Shown here piece after piece: positions 1-12,142 of a DNA stretch of 64,000 bases (positions are counted from its first letter, which is position 1; each line of letters starts with the position of its first letter). This stretch comes from Balanoglossus misakiensis (lineage: Eukaryota > Animalia > Hemichordata). The stretch covers positions 7,053,519 through 7,117,518 of the forward strand of contig CM082578.2 of NCBI GenBank assembly GCA_040954595.2, read 5' to 3'. Under the pieces are notes generated by a model. It did not search any database. It was not told where the DNA came from and was given only the letters and a program-made list of their open reading frames with translations. A program made the translations under genes and the position numbers.

Positions 1-683
1 CACTGCTACAGTGAAATTTGTCATACCGCCGTTGGTGGCGACATTAAAAAAATGAGAACAGAGCATACACATTGCCCGTGTATTTCAGAACTGGGTCTCA
101 ATCTTTTGTACCAACAACAGGTGTGAATAAGTCAGGCAAAATACGCGTATTTACATTTTATGACTTTGCTGCAAAGCGTATCACAAGATTAATTAAATTT
201 GCTCAGTTGTAGAGTAAGCATGGCCATCGTAAGTTGTTTTAAGGTCTACTTTACACACCTGTTCCATGAGTGCAGAACGTAATTAACCAATCACAAGTAC
301 TGTGGCCGCCACCATGGGAAAATGCAAAGTACAATGGAAATGTTGCATTTCCCACTATGAAACTTCCTAAACAAATCATGATCTCATCTACCAGAACACA
401 TGGAAGTAAAAGTACTTTACATTTTCTTTTTCATAGAAATATTTCACTTATTTTCTACTGTACTGATATTTCTTTAATTTTCGGACAAATTGCCATAAAG
501 TGTTTTCTTGATATACTGTCATCAGGCCATATAATTTAATATACAGAATAAAAAGCATATCCGATATTATTTAAAGCTTACTTTTTATATCGAGTTGCGG
601 CGCATAAAGGCTTTATCATGATGCGGTGACGTGTACTTTTTCAATGGTCGAGAAAGTTTCAAGAGCATGCGCAGTAACAATAT

Positions 684-702
684 CGTGGCGCCAGCTGATT
701 GG
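684..702 (-). promoter_or_regulatory. ER stress response element (ERSE, CCAAT-N9-CCACG) upstream of CRELD
   Basis: Plus strand CGTGGCGCCAGCTGATTGG; reverse complement CCAAT-cagctggcg-CCACG is an exact ERSE consensus (NF-Y + ATF6), in a CpG-rich stretch ~460 bp upstream of the CRELD ATG. Confidence 0.75.
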
Positions 703-1157
703 TTATCATTTCCATCATGGCTGCCCCCTGTACACCGGCGGTGTCCTTTCGAGACACAGCCTGAAAATCTTCTGTCCGTCGATGCTACACTGGATATTTA
801 GCTTCAGGGAATCGGTAGGCGGAAAAGACAGAGTTGTTCTCTGTTTGTGACCGTACTTGACATCGGTAGTTTAATTTTCACGACTCGTAACATCAATGAA
901 GAACACGTGTATTTGTTGATCAGCAACATACGAAGCCCCAGTGCCTGTACTCGACTGCAAAGGCGATCGACATATCAACCGGTGTAACGGGGGTTGCGGT
1001 TTTTTCACCCGTTAGTAAACATTCTGGTGAAGCACATTGATTACTGATACTTAGGAGCAACAGCTGCTGTGCACACAATCGGAAGGACAGTTCCATCGGA
1101 TGAGTGATCGGATACTATCGGAAGCGAGGCGACGACCAACGATAGCCTGAGATAAAG

Positions 1158-4100
1158 ATGCGGCTTTCCAGAACTCTGTTGATTTCCATGGTGCTGCTGA
1201 CGTTGATGTCACAGCCTATACTCAGTGGAAAAAAGAAGAAATGTGGCAAGAAGAAAGACCTAACGAAGGAATGCGAAACTTGCAGAGGTATTGCAGCCGC
1301 TTTCCATGAGGTAAACTTAATTATGCATCTCTGACTTCTAAATATTTTTTTCATTTATGCAAATCTTCAAACCCAATAATGCTTTTTGCAGTCACAAAAA
1401 GAAGAAAGTTATTAATTATACCAGAAAAGTTTTGATGATTAGAAGTGAGAGGAACGAAGCTGAAATTGACACGAAAAAGAAAAAAAAGTCAGGCTTCTCT
1501 CAGAGTCAGAACATTACATAAAAGTCTGTTTGTTGATCCTGTGAGAGAAACAGCTGTACAGTGAAACCTGTCCTTACGGACACCTCTGGGACAGGAAAAT
1601 GTGTCCTTAATAGAGACTCTGAGAGGTGTCTTTAATAGACAGGTAATATTCTATTCAAACTGTGACTTTTGTCTTGTTAATAGAGAGGTGTCCTGATAAG
1701 AGAGGTGTCCGTAAAGACAGGTTTCACTGTATAGTTAATTTTTATGAGTGATTGTGAATAATAGAACAAAATAAAGAAACAGAGATTTGGTTGGGTTGTA
1801 GGTTTCATTTTTCTCCTTGACTTCTTTTTTCAAATGCAGGGTATAAAACGAACGACCAAAAGTAATTTTGGTGGCGGGAATACAGCATGGGAGGAGCGAG
1901 CGCTTGGAAGTTATGCAAACAGGTAAATTGAAGTACATTTAAAAAAACTTCCAATTTATTCATCCTCTCTGCTGTCATAGTTATTTCAGTTTTCATTTTA
2001 AATTTCATCATACACAAACATCAGAAAAAAAACGTCTGATATGCATTTACGGTGTCCAACACAATCTCGGTGCAAATCTCACAATCATGAGTGAGAATAT
2101 GCACCTGCTTCTACATATGTACATTATCAGACCTTAAACTTCAATAGGTATTAGTAGTACCGGTCAATGATCTCAACTCTAATCCCATCACAATATAGCC
2201 AGTAACCAAATAAGCCACTTTTGCCACATTCTCACAGAAATTGTTTTTGTTTGCTTAAACAGCTGCCTTATAGCTCGAAAAGTTTAAAAGTCACCAGTAA
2301 AATTTAGTGTATTTCGATTTATCAGAACTGCACAATTGTTTAAGAGCCATCCTTCTAATGAATTGCACATTGTGTCGGTAACGAAGCAGGGTCCATGCAA
2401 ATTATAAAATGAATATTTTTACATAAAACAGTGAAATGACAATTTAACAGCTGCCGTTTGTTATTTTTAATTCAAATAAGTGCACCAGCGTGCCAGCATA
2501 TTTCAAAGAGAGCACTGAAATACCAATTGTCAGTTTTTATTTATATCATACCATTATGAAGTTTTTATGTGTGAACTGTAATTCTGTTGAATATGTGTGG
2601 AATTCACGCAGGTAATCAAGTTTTTTCATCTTCAATCTCTGCCATGGATATTATCTAAAATGTTAAATTATGTGATGTTTGTAGGCACAGTGTACATGTA
2701 ATAAGTTTCCTGCTATTCTTTACAAAATTTATACATGACGTGAATGGGACAATTTTCAATCTAATACGTATGGTAACTATACATAGAATAATACATTAAA
2801 TAGTTCCTATTGTCAATTTATATTCCGCGACCAGTATTATGTGGTTAATTTTTTGGGTTTTTGTGTTAACATTCTAGTCTACATGTAACAAATGGTTGTC
2901 ATGACTTTTTCTGAAGTATTAAATTCTCTTGTGTGTTTTGCAGTGAAACGAGATTTGTTGAAATCAGTGAGACTCTGTGTGACAAGAGCAAACATGAGGT
3001 AAGGCACCGGAATGTTTTATCACGAGAATGTCATGTGTTCACTTGAGATGATAAGTCTGTCTCCCTTGAAGTTTCCATTAAAGGGGAAATCCGCTGTAGC
3101 TGATTTCTACATAATTTGGTAGCTTTGATGTCTCTCTTTCAGAAAAAAACATATTCGCCATGTATAGGTCGCGCGATTTTTTACAAAATCTAGGGAAAGT
3201 TGGCAGAATTTCCAATATGGCGTTTACTGTAATTTGAATCATGGGAAAAAAAGCGCCAGGAGCAACTTCCGCCCACCTTGGTGTGGGTGATACCATTTTC
3301 CGATTGGTGTCACTGTGTCACAAGCTAAGCTTATTTGCATATTTTTCATGGGTTATAGCTCATGAAAACTGTCAATAGATGACAAATTTTCGACTTTGCT
3401 GATGATTGTTTATCAACTGATGCAAAGAACAAACAATAGCTATGAAAATACGCCTAGTCTGTCGCCCAGTGACACCAATCGGAGAATGGTATCACCCACA
3501 CCATGGTGGGCGGAAGTTGCTCCTGGCGCTTTTTTTCCCATGATTCAAATTACAGTAAACGCCATATTGGAAATTCTGTCAACTTTCCCTAGATTTTGTA
3601 AAAAATCGCGCGACCTATACATGGCGAATATGTTTTTTTCTGAAAGAGAGACATCAAAGCTACCAAATTATGTAGAAATCAGCTACAGCGGATTTCCCCT
3701 TTAATGCCTTCTCTATATCAGTTTGAGATTTGACAACTGGATGGTGATCAGGTTGTTATTATCAGGTTGTTATAAACAGGAGAGGGCTTTTGCTGTGTCA
3801 CCTCAGGTCAGGCCCCCAAAATAACCACTGGGTTAAAATTACAAAGCCTTTTGATTCAATAGGGTGATGGAAAAATCAATGTGCCAGTTGACAAAGAGGG
3901 CCAAGTCATTGAGTCCCGCTTTGGTCAACCCGAGTATGGGCAGATAATCATGGGGGACTACATGGTAAGTTGCAGCAATCTTACTGCTCGGAGGACGATG
4001 GGGCAAGCATGTGGAGTAATGGTGTCTGCATGTGAAGTTCAATAAAAGATGATTCAGATTCTACAAGGTGAAGGTGCCACGGTTGTGTCTTCAATGTTCT

Positions 4101-7100
4101 TTGTCATTTGCATGGATGCAAATATTGGCCTTCTGTTCGTTGGAAATGGCTGCATCAAGTGGTTCCTGGGAGAATTTCTATGAATGTTGGGTGTCTGTGT
4201 CTCTAAACTCTTCCAGTGAGTGTCTTCCATGAATTGATGTTGTAGTTGTGTTGGATTTTATGTTTTGGCCTCAACTACATACACACAGACCAGATTTCAA
4301 ATAATAAAGCATACTTGAAAAGAGGTACATTCTTTATGTGTGTTATAATAATGGGCTAGCCTTTTACCCTCTTTGGAGTTGGCAGGCTGAATACAGGCCA
4401 TTGCAAAAGTTGTTCTTAACACATCAGATAATCAATCAAAAGTCCATTTTCTAAGCATAAAACAAGCAGCTGTCCCTTCATAAAGAAATTTGTTGCAGGA
4501 AGAAAAATGTGTTTTAGGGAGAGAAAAATGACTGAAAAAATTTGCTGTAAAGTAAATGGCCAATTCATATTATAACGCGATTAATTCAAATAGCATATGT
4601 TATTTCTATGGGAAATAATTCAAATATGGTTGTGTGTTGATTACAGGTGTTCAGGGCAAAGAGGTCCATATTTGATTACTAGTATTTTTGATTGCTATGA
4701 AGTTTGACTGCATGTTCTCTCAGAATGTTTGGTGCACCTCCTTCTGTCTTTTTTTCACCCATTGATGTATTACAATTTATCTTTGCACACATTTTCCTTG
4801 GTTTGAAGTTCTTGACATAACAGTTTCACTGGCTTACGGGTAATAATAAATATTGGGATCTTTTACATTAATGTCAACAGTTCATGTTGATTGCCAATAT
4901 TAGAGTCTTACATTGCCTTGTGTAAATTGATGGTGTCTACATTTTCAATCTAAAAATGACAATTTGGAGATCAGTTGAATATGTATGACAAAAAATTAAA
5001 TTTCAATTTGTAGTGATTACCCAAGTGATTGCAGAGGCCCCACTGTTACTATGGTAACATCCTGTGACACAGTTTGATTTCACATGATATCAGGAGTGTT
5101 ACCCCCTGGACACTTGCTACCCAGAAATTTCCCACATGCCAGTTCAGGCGGGTGTTTGGTTGGTGACTATTCAGGGGGTAACCTACCTAGAACAATTTCA
5201 CACACAGTGTCATAAAATGGTGGAGGAACACGAAGAAGCACTGGAAACATGGTGGATGGACCACAGAGAAGATAACGAAGATTTACATCAGTGGTTCTGT
5301 ATAGATGAATTAAAAGGTGCGTGCCTTATTTTTCAAGTTTATAGGGTTATTATGTGGGGGTTTTTCAAACTAACTATTCATGGATTATTCTGTTTCGTCT
5401 GTGTACACTGTGCAGCAGTGAAAACTAGAATGTTTTGGTTTTAGGTTTGGCTTTAAACAATTTCATTTATGTTTTATGGATAAATTTTTACACAGTGAGG
5501 AATGATTTTTACTCGCACTGTAAGAGGAGTGTCAACAGCTACAAAGTAAAACTGGAAATTAACAATATTTTATTCTTAATTACTAATGAAATAAGCAATC
5601 ACTGTAAAGTATTTATCATCATTTGTCTTTTCTCTTTTCAGTTTGTTGTCCAAATAACACGTACGGTTCAGATTGTAAAGGTAAGTTAACACTATCAATG
5701 GGAAGACATATTGTGTAGATATGCAGAGAGGTACTGAACACGAGCATTGAGGGAGATCTGCTTCAAGGCATCATTCACACAGATTACGTTTATTTCATGT
5801 TTAATGTGACCATCTATGGAAACACCAGTATAAGCAATACTGCCATCAGATCTTTAGGGTCTAAAGATCGGATGTGCTGGAGAGACATGTACATATAAAG
5901 GAAGTATCCCAATGATCTAACGGGTTGTATGTTTTTCATCTCATACAGAATGTCCAGGTGGAATTACCAGGCCTTGCATGGGGAACGGAAAATGCAGCGT
6001 AAGTTCAAAGTTATTATTTTTCCACTTGTCAAAATTCACAGTCTGGCACTCGTTGTTGTTAGAAATGTCATCTGCTGTTTTCTTCATGCTGGGATTCCCT
6101 GAGGGAAGACATTAAAGGGACAATTCGTTCCTTTGATATTGTTTTGGTTATTTCTGTTTCATTCAACGACATCCTTTATGGTATTCTGGCCATTAAGACC
6201 TGTCAAATCATTTGTCATTATGGAGTATAATGTATAAAAAAGTGAGTCAAGTCTTAGTGTGGAAGTCTATTCTGATATGAAAGTGACATGTACATTTGAT
6301 TGTCTTGCTGTGCAGGGGGAAGGAACGCGAAGTGGATCTGGAAAATGCAAATGTTCAGACGGTTACAAGGGGGCACTGTGTGACACTTGCAAAGACAGTT
6401 TTTATGAAAGTGTTAAAAACGACACCCACGTCATCTGTCTAGGTGAGTTGGTGATACTTCATGTATTTATCATATAGATGATAATTTTTCAAAATCATAG
6501 TTGTGATTGAGTGACCACTATAATTACTCTTGCACTAAAGTTTTGTGATGACAGTTCTTGTTTTCAAGAAATTTGCAATGCAATCCTCTGACTATGAGGA
6601 GAGCACATCTCAAGCGGGTATTGATGGTTTGTTTAGAAATTGTACAACAAATAAGTTGGTAGAGTAGTAGATTCGTTTGTTTGTTTGTCTTCTGTTGAGT
6701 TGACTGAGCACATGTACCTGATCTGTTTTGTTGACAGCTTGCCACAAGGCATGTGCAGACACATGTTGGGGAGGATCTGCCAAGGACTGTGACGAATGCA
6801 AAGAGGGATGGAAGGAATCAGAAGATGAAGGATGTGAAGGTAATTCTGAGTTCTCAACTTATTCACTTTATAGTCTGACACTCAAGTGTATTGCTTTAAA
6901 ATATATTGCGCCAAATTTGGTGATATTGTAACAATTCTTTACCTATTCTTGTTCTGTTCAGATGTTGATGAATGCACAGAAGACAACCCGCCATGTGAAT
7001 CCAACCAGTATTGTGTCAACTCAGAAGGCTCGTACAGCTGTAAAGATTGCGATTATTCCTGCGACTCCTGCCTGGGTGATGGTGCGGACAAGTGTGTCAA

Positions 7101-8055
7101 GTGTCGGTCTGGCTATCGCATGATAGAAGGCGAATGTGAAGGTAGGCATTCTTTTTCAACTCTTTGTGCTCTTCTCATATTAGTAGCATAGAATCACCCC
7201 AATGTTTTCTGTAGAAAAAATGCTAGGTCATTTCACTGGGAAAAAGGGGTGACAGCTATCAAGTGGAACAAGTTTGCATCTTAAAGGGATGTGCAATTTC
7301 AATTCATTTAGTTCCTTTTCAAGGTTAGAACAAGCTTGCCTTTGTGGAGGAGGTGCAAGTATGTCAAAGTTCAAAGAAGGGAGGGGACGTAGGTCAGCGG
7401 TCAAACGCAATCAGTGTCACTTGTCGTGCGCAATAAAATGTACACATTTGACATTTCAAAAATTGTTTCTTATTTCAGACATAAATGAATGCGAAGAGGA
7501 CAACATAGAGTGCGATGAACACATGACATGTTACAATGATCCAGGCAGTTATCACTGTGGATGCAAAGAAGGATATGAAAGATATCAGGGAGAATGCATT
7601 GATAAAGAAATTTGTGAGTAATTGTGCTGTGAATTTAAGGGTTGTGAAATGTTAATTATGCCAATTCTTTAAAACAGTGACGGTTTTGTCAGGAGTATGG
7701 TGCAGGGAAAAATCGAATCTGATAAAAAAATGTGAAAAACCATTGCTATTGAAACCAATGGAGTTGGACCAAACCATGGTGATGAAAGGGTTAAACATGA
7801 AACAGACTTCAGCACGAAATGAATACTTTCAATAATTTTTTCTTCTTCTTTCATTCCTATCCAGTAAAAGAACTGAAAAAGATGCCTCCGAAAAAAGAAG
7901 ACAGTGGAAAAGGTGAAGTTTTGCGCTATATAGTCTACGGAATATTGTTTTTGATCTCCTTGTTTGCGGCCAGGGGCAGTCCTTTGGGAGCCGTGGTTTT
8001 TGGGTTGATTCTTGGTGGGATGTACATTTACAGATTGTCCGATTCACCTCTCTAA
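1158..8055 (+). CDS. CRELD: Cysteine-rich with EGF-like domains protein (CRELD1/2 family), membrane-anchored isoform, ~407 aa, 11 coding exons
   Basis: Exons 1158-1310, 1840-1922, 2944-2998, 5208-5316, 5642-5680, 5949-5998, 6316-6442, 6738-6839, 6962-7141, 7479-7613, 7865-8055; all GT-AG, total 1224 nt in frame. Signal peptide MRLSRTLLISMVLLTLMSQPILS, CETC (CxxC), signature NFGGGNTAWEE..LGSYANSETRFVEI, WE-domain CHKMVEEHEEALETWW..WFCIDELKVCCP, EGF/furin-like repeats (CPGG..PCMGNGKCSGEGTRSGSGKCKC), Ca-EGF DVDEC/DINEC, two C-terminal hydrophobic segments. Confidence 0.93.
1559..1729. mobile_element. Tc1/mariner-type (pogo/Tigger-like) MITE in CRELD intron 1
   Basis: TIRs CAGTGAAACCTGTCCTTACGGACACCTCT ... 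AGAGGTGTCCGTAAAGACAGGTTTCACTG, flanked by TA on both sides; internal repeats of (TAATAG)AGAGGTGTC. Confidence 0.85.
3082..3700. mobile_element. Non-autonomous DNA transposon with ~235 bp TIRs and TTAA target duplication (Kolobok-like) in CRELD intron 3
   Basis: TTAA|AGGGGAAATCCGCTGTAG ... CTACAGCGGATTTCCCCT|TTAA; arms ~3082-3315 and ~3467-3700 nearly identical (explains mirror ORFs 3078..3296- and 3396..3704+). TTAA TSD with RR..YY termini fits Kolobok. Confidence 0.8.
7736..7794 (-). mobile_element. Partial copy of the ~85 bp piggyBac-like MITE
   Basis: ...attgaaaccaatggagttggaccaaaccatggtgatgaaagggTTAA matches the reverse complement of the 13338 and 14240 copies. Confidence 0.6.
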
Positions 8056-10640
8056 CACAAACCTTTGTCAGTCGCAATTTTGTTTCAGAAAGTTTTGGCA
8101 GGCCAGTATTTTATTATTTCTGTGGGCATGAATTTCTGTTGCTATGTCAATCCATATCTGTATTCCCCCAGAATGATGTACTGTGGATATAAATATTATA
8201 CTGTGAGGTGAAGGATTTTACAGGGTTTAATGTCACAGGCCAAACAACTCAGTATGCCCAAAGTGATTGACATCTGTTTTGTTTCGAGACTTTACTTATC
8301 TAGCATGATTTTAGGATCTCTTCCAAGGATTTGGACTTAAGATGAAAATTTTCCAATTGTGAGGTATTTCTTGTCAATCTGATGGTCCACATCCAACCTA
8401 ATAAATAACAAAATGGCAGCTCCCATCTTGGTCCAGCTTCCATAGCATACATGTATACAGACTTTATATGGGACATATTTTTCCATATATTGATTTAATA
8501 TGGAATTTGGTCTTTAGCTGGAGTACATGTAATTGATTTTGCACTCCAGTATTCACTAGTCAATCAGTAAATATTTTTAAAGACATCTTTGGTAAGTTTT
8601 CTTTTTTAAGAAAAAGGCACATTTTACATTCTTCTGATATTATTTCATCAGATTGCCTTTTAGTTTTACATTTCTGAGGTTACATCCAACTCTGATAAAA
8701 TGCACAAATCCTTCAGGTAGATTTTTAAGTTTTCCAGCTTTTTGCCCAATAAAGGGTGTAAGCTGTCCACAGTAGGATCCTAGCTGCCCAAAGATTTCCT
8801 GTGAAATTAGAAGACCAGCTCATTAAAGTAGCAAACTAACCAGCAAGATACAAATCTTAGCATGCCAAAACAAGCAAGCCAGGGACTCTGTTTAGAACCA
8901 GTAGACAAGTCAACATCTTCTGGAATAACAACTCTTCACCTCAGTTTAGAAAGTCACCCTACATCATGCCATCACTTTTTGGGAGTTTAATAGGAGACAG
9001 TAATCTCTGAAAGGTTTGTGGATTGTGCAGTGTGTTTGTGCAATTGACACTCACACAAAAAACCTCTATGTGCTATGAGCAGACTTCAATTTAGAGTTCT
9101 AAGTGTAAACTGGCTTTATTCACAATATAAAATCTAGTTTTGTCTTCATGGACATCTGTCAGACTTTAGTTAATTCTAGAGAAGTTTGTCCCAGAGTCAT
9201 AGCAATACCATTTCTGAGTAGAATATTTTGAAATAAGTCAGTGAGATTTTTGTGTGACTTTAATGATTTTTTCCAAATGTAGTTGAGGGTTACTGGGAAA
9301 TAATTTAATATTCTCTATTTATTATGCAAAATCATGTAATTAATTTTATTGTATGAGCAGTTCTTCCTTTGTTGCTTGTTAAACTTGTAAGTAATGGTTT
9401 AATATTTAAATGATGTAGTTTTTTAGCTGTATTTGCTATCGTTTTCTTTATTCATGGCATGTCTTCTGACATTAATTTCTCTCTGCCTTTTCATTTTTCC
9501 GTGTTTCTCCCCTTTTCTTCCTTCCACTGGTTCCATGTGACTATTTAGTCAGGTGGTACATCCATTTTTTGTCAGAATTGTCATTCCTCAACATTGTCTA
9601 TGCAACCACCATATTCCTTATTCCTTAATTGGCATTTTACAACCTTTGCTTCTGCAAATCAGGGACGTGGAAATAACCCTAACAAAAAACAGTCTAAACA
9701 GAGTCATGGTCCCCAGAAAGGCAGGGCAGTTATTGCAAAGTTCTCACAATATTTTTCTTATTCCTGGACACAGTGTCAAAAATCTACAGTTTCACTGTAT
9801 TAGTGCCATCAGTCAAATTTGAACCAATCTACAGGAACCTAACTTTCTCTTCATCACTATTTACATGATTATTTCCGTCTTTTTTCCACTCTTACACATC
9901 ACATCTGTTTGATAGGATTTTAATTAAGATTTGAGGAAGTTCTCTCTGCTCTGGTGTTGAAAAAGAGATGAAATCAGTACATTAAATTCAGCAGAACTAT
10001 ATGTATTTTTAATGAATGAACTTGCATGGATCATATCCATTATGTGTATTAATTTTTACTGAAGAAATCCGTTTTCTGCACAAAATGTTGACTGCAGATA
10101 TTCCTTCCACAGAATTGTAAATGGGTACACTTTGCACCTATAATGGCTTCTGTGTTTGCCAACACTGTGCTGTGTGACTGCATTTGCTGCTGTGACTGAG
10201 ATTTCATTATTTCTAAATTCAGTTGAGCTCTATCACCATGGTTACTGTGCTTTCACCATTTCCAAACTGCAGCTTTCCACCATATGACGGACCGTATGAT
10301 TTTCGCGGAAAATGTGAATGCGTGTAGTTTATGCGGTTCATATTGTTCTTTTGAAAATGTGGTTCACCCGCACTCAGTTGCTGGATTTTTGACCGTTTTA
10401 AGGCATTAATTGGCAGGTTGTCAACCGTTTTATCAGTCAGTGGTCCATCAAACCGTGGTCGGTTCAAAATGCCATCCTCCTTTTGAATCCGGTATTGTGA
10501 AAACTAAAACCTTGAGTCTCATAGAATTAAAACTGCTATTTCGGATGTGTCCGTTAAAGCAACTGCAGTTCACGTCGTGAAAAAATAACATAAACTAGAA
10601 ATACGTGCAAAATAACACTGTGTGCATCTCTCTTTGACAG

Positions 10641-10909
10641 AAAACGATGACGGTGCTGAGGATGAGGATGTTGTGGAGGGTGTTGTCGGTAGTGACGGAG
10701 GGTCTGATGGTGGCAGAGAGGTTGCAAGTGATGAAGGGAGGGAAAGTGACATTGTGGATAGTGCTGCAAATGTGCGTGATGATAGCGACAATAAAAATCT
10801 CAACTCTGAAGAAATTCAAAATCTCAATTCTGACGCTCAAATTGACGACAGCGATCATGAAAAAATTCATCAACATTCACATACAGACGACAGCCATGAA
10901 GAATTATGA
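10641..10909 (+). CDS. CRELD: Alternative terminal exon of CRELD: acidic tail ending in ER-retrieval motif HEEL (CRELD2-like soluble isoform)
   Basis: Good acceptor ctctctttgacag at 10639-10640; phase-1 exon reading (E)NDDGAEDEDVV...HTDDSHEEL*; AATAAA downstream (~11404, ~11563). In frame with the exon-9 donor (7141) or an internal donor AAAG|gtgaag after 7912. Confidence 0.75.
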
Positions 10910-12142
10910 CATGCTTTATTTTTCATTTTCTCTTAAGTTTATGTTTTTTGACTTGCCAGTAAAGATACACTTCAGGTTATTTATATTTTGTGTTATGTTA
11001 ATTATCATTTGCCCTTTCATTTTTGTTTTCTTTGTATTTTTCCCCTTATATTTCGGCAAATAACCATGGGGGAGGGATTCAACAATCTTCGCAGTCCTCG
11101 TTTCAGGGTAGACATTGTTTAGGATATTGACAGTCTAAATCCAACTTGATTTTAAGAGTCAAGGTCATTGATAGGTGCAGGTCGTACTCATTTACAATGT
11201 TTCTCTGTTTCTCTCAGACCAAGCAGAAGCTTTTGGTAGCAGACAACTAATTATTTGTCGGTCAATTCTTTGACAACCGACTCTGGTCAAATATTCATTA
11301 CATTTTTATTTTTCACACACGTTCATAATTCCACCATTTCCTGTGTTAATTTTGGATTAAAATGGTTTTGAGCTTCATATAAATAGAGCCTTATACAGAT
11401 GATAATAAAAATGTGATGAAGAACATGGATTTTCTAGGTGCAACATACCATCTTTGAAAAGCTAGTTATTAATAGAACTTGATTTTCCTGTAAACTATTA
11501 ATGTCCCGAGGTGATCTGTGTCTCTTACTAGGCTGAGAAATTTGCCTTGATTTAAATTCAGTAATAAAGAAAAAATCTCTGAAAACTTTTGTATGTAAAT
11601 TGGTTTTATTTTCAGTCTCTATGAACATATTCTGGGGAAAGGCCTTACAGATTTCACTCCATGCATTTCAACTGAAAAGGGCATGCCTGCTGCCCCAATT
11701 TTGCTGCTTGCCATTTGAAGGATATACCTTATCTTCATGTTCAACTCGAAATAAACTGCTTTTGAAGTAAATTTGGCCGCCAGTTCAGTGTTTTTCTGCA
11801 TACATGTATCGTGCCACGAATCGTGCCATGTCTTTGTCGCCCTCTTTCGGCTAATATTGTTTAGAAGTGACATTCGTTTTTTCTTTGACGTGTTGTCGAA
11901 TCGTCACCTGATCGGCTGATTCACAAAACTGCGTACGTACGTGTCGAGTTGCAGGGCATTTTGTGTAGCACCATATCGACGCAGTTGAAAGAACTGAGAT
12001 AATTTTTATCCATCGATTACGTCGACAAGGGGGGTTCCGAACACCAGCGACTTTTTGCGCATTCCGTACACTGCTTAAATATCGTTTACATTGAATTTCT
12101 ACTGGACTCAGAGACGAGGACAGAGATTGATCAGAAAACAAA

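Noticed and set aside
3078-3704. Two near-identical ORFs on opposite strands (72 and 102 aa)
   Set aside because: Mirror products of the transposon TIRs, not genes.
5030-5207. H/ACA snoRNA in a CRELD intron (prompted by nearby SHQ1)
   Set aside because: Only one convincing hairpin; no clear two-hairpin, H-box, ACA architecture.
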